From Rhizophagus irregularis (Eukaryota): DNA of 64,000 nt. Of this stretch, positions 25,400 through 38,075 are shown piece by piece; position 1 is the first letter of the stretch, and each line of letters opens with the position of its first letter. Where the stretch lies: assembly GCF_026210795.1 (NCBI RefSeq), contig NC_089432.1, positions 2,418,001 through 2,482,000 of the forward strand, written 5' to 3'. The position numbers were made by a program, and so were the translations under genes. The notes under the pieces are model-generated. The model had not been told where the DNA came from. It saw nothing but the letters and a program-made list of their open reading frames with translations, and did no database searches.

Positions 25400-27200
25400 T
25401 GTCCAGCTTAAGTTTGTTCAGGCTGTTATATAAAAAAAAATATAAATGAGTTTTTAAGTAAAAGTATTATAAGAGCAACTTGTAATAGTTGTGGAAATAG
25501 AAATTTAAATATAAAAAAAAGAAAAATAAGACAAAGAAGCGCTTATTTGATAATAGAGAAAATAACAGACTACCTAGTCAGCTTTTTAATATCGTTTATG
25601 GGTATTTATTAGAAACAAATGAAACAAGTGAGTTTTTAAAAATTAAGGTACTCGATTTATTATAGGAGAAATTTTACATATAGAACCTTTATTTAAAGAG
25701 TTGCCGAATACAATAACTGAAGAAGAAAATACAGTCAACTCACAATATAATGAACCCTCCAGTTTTCACCTCAATTCGTTATAAGGCTATACAGTATATA
25801 ATGAAGAATTTTAAAAAATTTAATTGGTTGCTTCATTTTATTTATTTTATTTATTTTATTTTTACTTCAGAAAGGCAAATACACTAGAGAGATACTAAAA
25901 CATTATGTGTAGAAACTAGACATAAAGAATATTGATCTAAACTAAGTGTACAAAATCTAACAGGCAGACTCGCCCTTCGTTGGAACGACCTGACTAATGG
26001 AGAACTAGTCGCCATAGCAGTGAAAGAACAAAGGGGATTAAACACTATAGTAAATACAAGGGGAAAGAGAGGAGTCAGAAAAATTAAAACTACTTGCAAC
26101 CAGTTCTGAACCAAAAGAAAAATCTAAAAATTGAAATCACGGTAAATTATGTAAGAAGTAAAATAGATCCACATGACTTTATTGTCACGTGATCTCAAAT
26201 CATCACTGTTTGGACACCGATATTGCCAAACAGGATGTGCGTTACGTAAATTAATAACGTCTGAGTCATCTGATGATGTGTGCAAACTATCTTGATCTTT
26301 TTTTCGTCGGTAATTTATGAAACTTTTTTTCGTTATGTTGTTAGCGCTTTTCCAGGCTTTCAAGTGTGAACATCGCAATTTCCAAATCGATTTATAGATT
26401 TCTGCATGTATAACGAGAGTTATTATCGTATTTGATTGGTTAAATGTCACATGATTCGTTATATGTTATATTGAGAGTTGACTGTAATAAAGAAATTGCT
26501 AATAGAATTTTCAAAAGTGAATATCAATATGTATGTCACTCTAAACATATACAAAAATTACAATTTTATTTCACGGTTCAAAATAGAGAAAACTATTTAA
26601 CAGACCAACAAAAATGAATATGTGTGTTCTTGTCGACTAATTGTTTTTTATTATGTAAACATTTTTGTTGTTCCGATTGGCAAAATGGAAACACATTTTT
26701 TTAAAAAGGTTAATTTGTTTAAATATATTTTATTTTTATTCAATTGTATTTTTATTTTATTTTAATAGGTTCAAAGAAACAGAACCCATCCTTTAATATT
26801 TCAGCCTAATATAACAATTTGGCAGGAACTTGGAAACCAACATATAATGAATGAATCTAATATATCTAATATTAATTCTATTTTGACAATGGAAAATTCA
26901 AATAATGAGGATGATGAATATACAGAATTCTGTGAAAATACAATAATCAAATTTAAGAATTTATTAAGAGAGGTGATTTTATTTTTAAAAACTAATGAAT
27001 AGGTTTATTATTTAAAAATATATTAATGATTTCTTTATAGACACAAGATCTTTTAGATGAATCTATCAATTTACCTCAGAGAAAAAAGTGGTGGGAAACA
27101 TCTCTTCTACGAATGGTTCAACAAATAAAAGAACATAAACGTCGATTAACAATGCCGAGAACATGAAAGGATAAAACTAAAAACACATTTTATTGGTAAT
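25400..27200 (+). pseudogene. Decayed multi-exon gene remnant of unknown function, interrupted by a LINE fragment
   Basis: Coding-like segments (TCNSCG; LVASL|YVILRVDCNKE joined across the insertion; QIKEHKRRLTMPRT*KDKTKNTFYW*) with intron-like gaps. Confidence 0.4.
25838..26454 (-). mobile_element. 5'-truncated non-LTR retrotransposon 3' fragment
   Basis: Minus-strand ORF end with IWKLRC (W-x-x-R motif of LINE ORF2 C-termini), a 3' UTR, an (AAATA)n tail, and near-TSD ttcatt/ttcgtt. Confidence 0.65.
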
Positions 27201-29941
27201 TATAGCAATTTTTACAATATTATATCAATCGTTAAAAAGGTTAAAAAATTAAAATTTTTTGTTAAAAAAATAATTATTTTGTTAAGTTAAAAAAGTTTAA
27301 ACTTTTTAAATTTTTTCGTCTAAGTCGTTTAAAAATCATAAACAAGTCACGTGAAAGCAACAAATTTATTGTGCGAGTTAAATTTTCGGCTGCAATCGAT
27401 GTTTCCAAAGTTTTCCATCGTCTAATTTCGGACCACTACTTTTTGGCTTGACTAGTACATTAAGAAGATCTGATTGATATAATTTATATTTTCTCATGCC
27501 TATGCAATTATTTTTGACATAGTAGATGATAATGATTTTGTTGATGAAGATAAGGAAATCTACAGCAGTTGTACTTCAGTTATTTGACTGATCATAGAAC
27601 ATTTGGTAGAATCTAGTAGTATCAGATTTCATCATCAACTATAAATGAGTGTTAATTTTTCGACAACATTATAGTATAATAAAGCAATTATAATGATACT
27701 CCAGTTACTTTATACTATACTATAATATCATGATAATTCTACTCATCTGGATATTGTTAGATTAGATAGTTAAATTTAATATAACGATATAAATACAAGT
27801 ATATAGCATAATTCAATTAATATATTGACGGTCTTTATTAGTGTTATAGTGAAAGTTCAATATGACGACTTTATTGAAATTTTATTTATATGATGATGAT
27901 ATGAAAATATGATGGAAAGTACGAAGCAATTATAAAAACATACTGTAAATCATTTATTCACCAAATTGTAATATTGTATGTTAAATATGGCTAGTATACT
28001 AGACATAAACAGCAGGTAAAATTTACACAAATTTGGATGTTTTCTTTAAAAGTTAAACATAGATTTTCAATGAAAGCTAAAAATGGTTGGTTGTCTTTCT
28101 AAAAAAGGAAACTACTTGAAGACAAATTTTATTGTTTTCTGTTTGTTTAGCCAGTCAGTCAGCTCATTAAAAAACGTAATATAAAGAGATTAAATTTTTC
28201 GACCAAAATTAAAATAATCACATTTAATTTTTCACCCAAAAAAAAAATATATAAATTTAACTAAACCAAAAGAAAACAAAAATGAAAAACTTCCTTTTTT
28301 TAAAAAAAAATTAGTAACCTGGAGTGGAAATAACCATTATGTAAAATACATTAATACTTTCTAATTATTTAACATTAAATAAAATTTTTTATCATTTTGT
28401 TTCGCATAAATTTAACTACCTAAATAATTAAGTAAAACTAAAATTATTTTTTATTATATTATTTTTACTGTTCCATACCAAAAAAGACAAATTCTTTTAT
28501 TTTTAAAAAAAAATTGGTAATCCATCATAATGATCAGATTTAATTATTTTTCACCAAAAAAATATATATTTTTAATATAGTGTTGCATAATAGTCATGAT
28601 TTATTATTGTTTACTAGGAAAACTGAAACCGTCAGCGGTAGGAAATTAAATCATTAAAATATATACAATAATAGCAAATTTAAAAGGGGAAAACGTGTCA
28701 GAACATCAAGAAACTTCAGACAAACGTAATTATCCTCAGCTAAAACTTCGGACAAATAAGAATATGTTTGTGTTTATTGTTTATTATAAAAGAAATAACA
28801 TTGATTATAAATTTCTTACCATATTTAAATTATAGTAATTTTTACATTGATAGTTAGGTAATAATAGTTCATGTAAAATAGTAATAGAATATTTTTTATT
28901 AAATTAGACGAATTTATTATATATTTAATATTTTTTTTTGCAAACCTAATGTAATAATAAATAATTATGATCAACAGTTATTACGAAAGGAATTTTTTTC
29001 AAAAAGAGTATTATATTTGTTTTTTTTTGCATGCTCTAATTTGTTGAAATTCAGTGTCAAATTAAATTTAACTGGCACATTATATAAAACGTCTTTCAAT
29101 CATAAAGTATTAATACTAATTCTATTATTTATTATTATTATAGATACTACACCAAAAATGCATGATAATAGATTTTATTATTTGTTAACATTTAAAGTTC
29201 CCTGCCATGTTTTAATGTTTATTTGTTAAATTATGCATTTTGCTGAAATTTAATTTATTTTTAATGATTTTATCCATTTTTTTTTTCAAAATAAAACAAA
29301 AAAAGACTTTTTATCCAGATAATAGGGAAAACCTGGTAATTTTATTCGGATAAAGACCATAAAGACCGCACTATCAGGATGAACATATTTGTTTGGATCC
29401 AGATCCAGATTACTTGCAGTAAAACAAAACAATTATATTATACACTTTTTACAATATCTTATTTCTGATATTCATTCTATTTTTGGATTTCTAGTCGTCA
29501 CACAAATGTCATTGAAACCAAATTCAATTAAATTTGTTTCACTTACACATCACACAAAATTTGCGGGATGTAACCTTTTTTCTTTTTTTCCTTTCATGTC
29601 GATCATAAACATTTCTCCCCCTAATTTTTAACAATCAAAAACAAAAAAAAAAACCTTTTGTTTCCCCAAAAAGGAAATTTATTATTGAATCTTATGGTAA
29701 TTCAAATGAAGATCAATGATAATTAAGTAATGATTGTCAATGGAGAAATTTTTAAAGTATGATCGACTTAAAATATGCAGACAACGCTTAAGCAAAGACA
29801 GTTCGTTTAATTATTTATTTAAACTCGAGCGGTCGAGCTGCAAACTCACAAAACTCTATAAAAAAAAAAATTATTATTTTATTATTTTTTTTTTTGATAT
29901 TAAACAAAACTTTATTTATTTATTTATTTATTTTTATCAAT

Positions 29942-32900
29942 ATGTCAACGAATAGTAAAGAACAAACTAACAATTCCGATTATATTGATTGGATAGAAAA
30001 AGCAATTGAAGATAATTATATTACATATTTTGATTATGATGAATTTACAAATAAACAAGAATTCGAAAATAGTGATACTAGTTCGGTTGGAAAAATATTT
30101 AAAGCAAATTATAAAAACAATGATACTCCTTTGATCGTAAAAACATCTAGATTAGATATTAAAAAATTTATAAATGAGGTATTTTAAAATTTTAACATAT
30201 TTTATATATATTAATAATTTTCACAAAAATCCTATTAATCAAAATCTATAACAGCTTAAAATCCGGAAGGAAGTTGATTTTCATACAAATATTTTACAAA
30301 TTCATGGGATTTCAAAATTTGACAATCAGTATTCATTAGTTTTGGAGTACGCTGATGGTGGAACATTGTATTCGTACTTAAAAGAGAATTTCACTAAGCT
30401 TGAATGGAATGATAAATATCGTTTAGCGTTACAACTTGCAAGCGCTATAGAATGTATTCATAATAAAGGAATAATCCATTGTGATCTGGTACGTACAATA
30501 TATTATTTAATATTTTTTTATTTATCTAATACATCTCACTAATACGAAAATTAATGATGATAATAATTAACCTTTAGCATGCACACAACGTGCTAATACA
30601 TAAAAACGATATTAAAGTAGCAAACTTTGGCTTAGCTAAGAAAGCATCTGAAGCATCAAATTATTCTATTGAAGTATATGATTTACTTCCTTATATAGAT
30701 CCAAGAAACTTGAGTAATATCAAACATAGAGATCAACCCTGTATAATGGATTTCAAATCAGATATTTATAGTATAGGAGTTCTTCTCTGGTTACTATCAA
30801 GTGGTCGAAAGCCTTTTTGTGATGAAGGTATACAATACGATGCTCGTTTAGCCATGGATATAGTAGGTGGAAAAAGAGAGGAGATTATCAAGGGTACGCC
30901 TATTAAATATAGTAATATCTATAAAGGTAAAATATTATTAATTTTTATAACACGATTGGATGGTTTATGTAACGTATTAATGATGTATAATTCTAATTTA
31001 ATTTTTTTTTTAGCGTGTTGGGAAAATGATCCTGATGAAAGGCCATCCATTCAAAAAGTCGTTTCATACCTTACATCATATCAAGATATTAATGAAGAAA
31101 CAAATTCTATCAAATTTGAAAAAAAAAATGAAATTAAGAAAGGAGCATCAAATAAGGATTTTGATTACATCATGATAGATGATGATTTAATTATAGATGA
31201 AGACATTTTAAATTCTATTATACAAAATGATTTACAAAATGATTTATTAATTAATATAACAGATTCTGATGACATTGAAAAAATTATTAATAAGTTGATA
31301 GACCATTTAATCAAAATGCATGATGAATTTGGTTATGGTTTTGCAGAAGTAAAACAAATTATTGAACAAAATATTAAAAATATTAATCAAACCTTACTAA
31401 ATAATATTCCTAATTGGCTTAAAAATCAAACATCATCACCTAAATATAATTTCTTTCATGGTTTTCTTTATTTTAATGGAATTATTGTAAAGAATAATGG
31501 AGATAGAGCATTTGGATTATTTTCTAAATCATCAAAAGAAAATTATCCTATGGCTCAAGTTTATTTAGGTAAACTGTGTACAGTTCCTAAAATTCAAATT
31601 GATTGGTATCAAAAATCGGCAAAAAATGGAAATAAACTTGCAGAATTTTATTTAGGTAACTGGTATGAAAATGTTAAAAAAGATGATTTTAAAGCATTTG
31701 AATGTTATGAAAAAGCAGCAAATGTTGGAAATAAAATTGCACAATTAAATTTAGGTTATTTTTATGATAATGGTAGAGGAACGGAAAAAAATAAGGAAAA
31801 AGCGATTGAATGGTATGAAAAATCTGCAAATCAAAAATGTAGTAACGCACAACTTTTTCTTGGAATATTATATAAAGGAACTAAAAAAGATTCTAAAAAT
31901 TCATTTGAATTGGTTGAAAAAACAGCAAAAAGTGGAAATAAAATTTCACAATTTTATTTAGGTAAATATTATTATCATGGTACAGGAGTTAAAAAAGATT
32001 ATGGAAAATCATTTGAATGGTATGAAAAATCAGCTAAACAAGGATATAATGATGCATTATGTGCTTTAGGATATTTATATTTAAAAGGTAAAGGTACTGA
32101 AAAAAATTTAGGAAAAGCATTTAATTTGATTGAAGAGGCGGCAGAAAAAGGAAGTAAATATGCACAACATTATTTAGGTACAATTTATCGACATGATAAA
32201 GGTGATATAGTAAAAGCAATTGAATGGTATAAAAAATCTGCTGAACAAGAATATAATGAGGCACAAAATAGTTTGGGATGTTTATATGAAGAAATTTATC
32301 AAGATTTAGATGAATCATTATATTGGTATGAAAAAGCAGCAAAGAATGGAAATAAATTCGCACAATATAAATTAGGATGTTTTTATGAAAATGGTAAAGG
32401 AAAACAAAAAGATGTAAAAAAAGCAATTGAATGGTATGAAAAATCAGCTAAACAAGGGTGTAGTTTTGCACAATATTGTTTAGGATATTCATTTGAAAAT
32501 GGAGAAGGAATTGATCAAGATTTAGGTAAAGCAATTTATTGGTACAAAAAAGCTGCTGAAGATGGAAATAAAACTGCACAATATAGAATAGGATATCTTT
32601 ATGAAAATGGTAGAGGAATGCGAAAAGATATAAAAAAAGCAATTGAATGGTATGAAAAATCGGCTATACAAGAGTATAATAATGCACAATGTAGTCTAGG
32701 ATATTTATACGAAAAAGGCAAAGGAATCGATCAAGATTTAAGTAAAGCAGTTTATTGGTACAAAAAAGCAGCAGATAATGGATATGAAGCTGCGTATTAT
32801 TGTTTGGGTAAATGTCATCAAGATGGAATTGGTATCGAAAAAGATGAAGTTAAAGCATTTGAATATTATAAAAAATCAGCTGAAAAAGGATATTTAAATG

Positions 32901-33040
32901 GAATATATATACTTGGATACTGTTATGAGAATGGGATTGGAACCGAAATTGATAAAGAAAAGGCAGTTGAATTGTATAAAGATGCTGCTAACAGAGGAAA
33001 TAAAGATGCACCAATAAGACTAGAAATGATGAGTTCATAA
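29942..33040 (+). CDS. Gene C: intact TKL-like pseudokinase + ~14 divergent SEL1 repeats
   Basis: Exons 29942-30178, 30255-30488, 30578-30926, 31014-33040 join in frame. HCDLHAHN, ANFG in place of DFG, degenerate Gly loop; repeats of the type AQYxLGxxYENGxG..D.xKAxxWYxKSA. Confidence 0.9.
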
Positions 33041-33987
33041 TTTTACATTATTTAATCAGTCTAATCATATTTTATAATAGTTTCTATCATTCTACTATTT
33101 TGATTATTTTTTTTTTATTTTCTAAAATTATTATATATTTTGTATAATCTCACTATTATTTATTTTATATTCATTATTAAAATGAATGACTTAATATTAT
33201 AAATTTAATTATTAAATAAAATATAACTTGAAGCAAGTATTTTTAATTGAATTGTATCACGTTATATATTGGCGGTGTATGGCGGAGTCTTCAAGATTTT
33301 GCACATGTACAGAATTGAAATTTTGCGAAAAATAGTGTTTTTTACATCCGCAGACCGCAGTATACAATTATTACGTGAAAATAAGGAAAGAAATTAAAAA
33401 AAAAATAAAATTGGCACCGAATAAATTAAAATTGATTGAATTATATCAAAAATATGGAATTGTTGCTATTTTGATAAATGTCAAAGACCTGCTATGAGTA
33501 ATTGCAGTTCTCTTAACCAATAAATTAAAGAGGATATTATTTTTGTATAGCTTCTACTACTTTAAATAAAGGTTATAGTAAATTAATTATTACTGCGTAT
33601 TCTAATCATTTCAATAACAAAACAGGTTCCAAAATTAAAAAAAAAACCATTTTGCTTTCATATCCCACCTGAGTAGATCCAAAGAAACTTTGTATCGTTA
33701 CATTACATCTCATGTCTCTTTACGTCATCTAATAAATCTAATAACAAAATATCAAAGTAATTTCATATCTTATATATCTTATTTACAATAAAAATTGATC
33801 TTTACTATCTATTTAAAAGTAATAAAGTCTATATAAACTTGATGCAAATATAACTGAATTTTGTATACGTAATTGTTAAATATAATTAAACTGATTAAAA
33901 TTATTTTTGTTCTTTACTTCATTGCATGTATTGGCACAGGTACCGTTTTTTCTTAATTATTAATTATATAAAGATGCAATGTATGGT

Positions 33988-35170
33988 AATATTTAATAAT
34001 ACTTTACATGTTAATTATGGGATTAGAGATTAGATACTGTAATATCGTTGACTTTATATGAGTAATAATGCAAACTAACATATTTTATCGATACGCAGTA
34101 TATTATAATCAGTACATAAACTTGTTATACTTACATCTGTAAATTTTCCATATAATTTAGATAGACTTTTAGTATACTTTTTTTATAGTCCGAAACATAA
34201 GCATAGTACACACTTCAACTCTTAATTAGGGAATATTAAATTCTAGGATCTTGAGTAACTATCGAAATCTCATTTTGCTATCATGTATATCACGCGTGAT
34301 TAGATAAAATATTTAATAATACTTTACATGTTAATTATGGGATTAGAGATTAGTTACTGTAATATCGTTGATTTTATATGAGTAATAATGCAAACTAAAT
34401 ACGCAGTATATTATAATCAGTATATAAATTTGTTATACTTACACCTGCAAAATTTTCCATATAACTTAGATAGACTTTCAGTATACTTTTTTTATTGTCC
34501 GAAACATAAGTATAGCACACAATCAACTCCAAATTAGGGAATATTAAATTCTAGGATCTTGTGTAACTATCGAAATTTCATTTTTTGTTGTATATCACGC
34601 GTGATTAGATAAAATATTGATAATACTATTGTGAGATTAGAGATTAGATACTGTAATATCGTTGACTTTATATGAGTAATAATGCAAACTAACATATTTT
34701 ATCGATACGCAGTATATTATAATCAGTTTATAAATTTGTTATACTTACTTCTGTAAATTTTCCATATAATTTAGATAGACTTTTAGTATACTTTTTTTAT
34801 AGTCCGAAACATAAGCATAGTACACACTTCAACTCTTAATTAGGGAATATTAAATTCTAGGATCTTGTGTAACTATTGAAATCTCATTTTGCTATCATGT
34901 ATATCACGCGTGATTAGATAAAATATATTGATAATACTTTACATGTTAATTATGAGATTAGAGATTAGAGATTAGATACTGTGATATCATTGATTTTATA
35001 TGAGTAATAACATATTTTATCGATATGCAGTATATTATAATCAGTACATAAATTTGTTATACTTACATCTGTAAATTTTCCATATAATTTAGATAGACTT
35101 TCAGTATACTTTTTTCATAGTCCGCATAGTACACACTTTAACTCTTAATTATGGAATATTAAATTACGCG
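33988..35170. repeat. Tandem repeat of ~305-320-bp units, ~3.8 copies
   Basis: gattagagattag(a/t)tactgt...aaattctaggatcttg...tatcacgcgtgattagataaaat recurs at ~33988, 34308, 34613, 34921. Confidence 0.9.
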
Positions 35171-36220
35171 TGTTTAATTTATTTAAGCTTTCAAATACAC
35201 TAGTACACTCAAGAGCTGAACTTGTAATGTATACATGTATATGTATGATAAAAACTTTAATACTTCAAAAATAAATTTAGCTTGATAAAAATTTTTTAAT
35301 TAACAATAATAAAAGCTTTAATAATATGGGAATATTACACAATATCATGTAATCTTCAATTATATGGTTTATAGGGAGTAAATCATACTAACAATCATTA
35401 AATCAATTAATATTACTAGTTTAGGATAAATAACTTATAAATTAATTGTGACTCATAGATAATATAGATAATCTTGATTTTTTTTATCTATTTTGTTATT
35501 AGTCACTATGTATCTATGTATTCAAAGGGTTTTAAAAAATATATAAATACCCTTAAATTTCCTCAAGAAAAAAATCAAAAACCAAATTTCAATATTATTA
35601 TTTTACAAATATCAAACCAAAATTTTTCTAAATTACAATTCAAATTTTTAACTTGCAATTACAAAATGTCTTACCATTTGTGCTCAAATATTGTCAACAC
35701 TATTTTAAATGAATTTCCTATCAACAAATGTTACAATCACCCTCAACCTATCATTGAAACGTCTCAAAATTATTTACCATTACTTACCGGATTTTTTTAC
35801 ATTCTTTTTATAATTCTCCTCATATATACCAACATTCTCACCAATACAATTGTCCTAATTCTTCACTTATTGAAATTCATGTGCACAATAATCATTTCTC
35901 TCAACCAACTCCCTTCTCTTCCTTCATATCTATCTAATATATTTTATTCTTTTAAACATTTATTATTATCAATTCTTTTTCGTATTTTATTTACATTATT
36001 ATCTATTCTTCTTCATTTTCTTTATTTACTCAATTGCATAATTCAGATTCTCATCTTTTCTTATTCTCTACTTTATAAAATAACCTATTTAGTGAATATT
36101 ATTCTCCTTTTAATCTCCCAATAGCTTAATTAAATAATCTTATATTACGTAGCTTGGCCCATTGCTTACCAAATATAGCATGGAGACGTAATCTTTCCCC
36201 TTTGGTCAACTTGGGATTAC

Positions 36221-36468
36221 TTGACCATTCTTAGATAGATAATTTTTACAAGGGGATCGTTTGCATCGCCCATGAAGCATTGCACTGCGCTGATTGGTGT
36301 CAGAGAGATCCTTTGTCTTGTAAAAATTTACCCTTTCTTGATCATTTGACCATTCTTAGATAGATAAATTTTATAAGGGGATCGTTTGCATCGCCCATGA
36401 AGCATTGCACTGTGCTGATTGGTGTCAGAGAGATCCTTTGTCTTGTAAAATTTACCTTTCTTGATCAT
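36221..36468. repeat. Tandem duplication of a 125-bp self-complementary unit
   Basis: Copies start at 36221 and 36346 and are nearly identical; ttttacaaggggatc pairs with gatcctttgtcttgtaaaa. Confidence 0.85.
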
Positions 36469-36784
36469 CTGATCTATCTCATGTGATTTCCTTCTTCACA
36501 TGTGATACCCTTTATTTCATTCCTTTGTTGAGTTCTTTCCTTAATAACTTATCAACTCAACAAAATCCATCGCCGTTGGTTCCACAATTTTTGTGTCCAA
36601 GTTCAATTCTTGGAGGTGATTTTCTTATTAATTAATTTATCTTCTTTTTTCTTCTTTTATAGGGAGTTCCAGACGATTTTATGTCAAGCAGGCAGGGGAA
36701 ATATTATTAACAAGATGTAGGTGACTAGACCAAAAAATAAAATTACCTAAGGGCGGGTATCTTCATAGTTCCCACCACCACTGT

Positions 36785-38075
36785 TTACCTCTCAAACAAG
36801 AAATTATTTTTTTTCCGCATTAAAACAGGTATTTCGCAAGGTATTACGCAAGGTACTGTATTTTTAAATAACTTCGAGTATCTATTGGTTTGGAACGATA
36901 TCAAAAACTTTCTAACAAAGCTTATTTCATCAAAAGTATTTGAAAGCATCGTGCGGGTCGAAAATACGTTTATCGTGATGACGCTGACGTTTCTCATCCG
37001 GTTTACTATAAGAAAAATCTAAATTGTAATTGTTATTAACCGTTCGCTTGTTATGATGAGTCTTGACTTCTTTGGCATCATCCGAAGTCATTGAAAAATC
37101 CACATTATAAGAGTCTTGGAGAAGATCTGCCTTCATATGCTGACAGGCAATAGGGAATCGATCCGTAAATTCTTTCATCTCTTCGACCAACTATTTTGGG
37201 TGTAAGGGTGCGGTAGTACGTCTTGCACGTTTTCTGAACTCAGACATGTGCTCATGAAAAGCATTGTTGATGTCGGTAAGAGATTGTTTTTGTATATCAC
37301 GCAATCGAAGCTTTTTCACTGAAGTGCCATTCTTGGCGGCTCTGACTGATTCAAAGTCATATGCTTTTTTCTTAAATTCATCCAATCGTTCAGATATGGA
37401 ACGCTTGGCCACTTGGGGAACTTTGTCTTTAATTCGTGTATGATGCCGTAATTGAGTAGTATCCTTCTGGTGGTACAACAACAGGTGATTTTCCTTTGTG
37501 ATAATTTTTAGGCAGAGAAGCACAGCCACTTGAAGGTTGTTGCGCACGTCGCGTATAACAAAGAATTAAAAATGGGTAAGCGTCCACGTTTGGTGCAGTC
37601 TTCAACGTATTATATTTTAAGTATCTGACAGGCTTCTTCACATATTGTGAAGGAAGAAAAAGAAAACGATATTGCTTGGAGATAGCCAATTTGTCAGCAA
37701 GTTAGTGTGTTTGTCCCGCTTTCGGTTTTGATTTAGCAAAAATACGTTTACACGACCGTTCAAACCGTTGTTGTTGTTGTTCTTTTGTATGTGGATTTCA
37801 CTTGGAGTAAACTGGAAGTTGAAAAGTCTCTTCCGGTACATATACTTATTACCTAATTGTAAAATCGATTTCGCGTCTCGAGCGTGATAAGTACTACTAT
37901 ATGTGATACCTAGTCTATTAGAAAGACATTTTTGATCGATCATCTTGCCAACGACAATAAAGAAGATTGGCGTGTGAAACTTTGTCATTATTAAATTCAG
38001 CGCTGGTGTCACGCGTTTTTTTCCGTATAGGTGTGAAAGCCGGCCCTTTAAACAATTGCGAGTGATGAACTCCAC
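36785..38075 (-). pseudogene. Frameshifted, intronless basic ORF in a GC-richer island, probably repeat-derived
   Basis: Overlapping minus-strand ORF pieces chain through frameshifts (SNRLGITYSSTYH..., QYRFLFLPSQYV...); no catalytic motif recognised. Confidence 0.45.

Noticed and set aside
30927..31013. Read-through of this segment in the 816-aa ORF call
   Set aside because: An 87-bp in-frame GT-AG intron at the same position as an intron in the paralogs.
35474..36124. 216-aa hydrophobic ORF as a membrane protein
   Set aside because: Explained by T/C-rich composition; no domain evidence.
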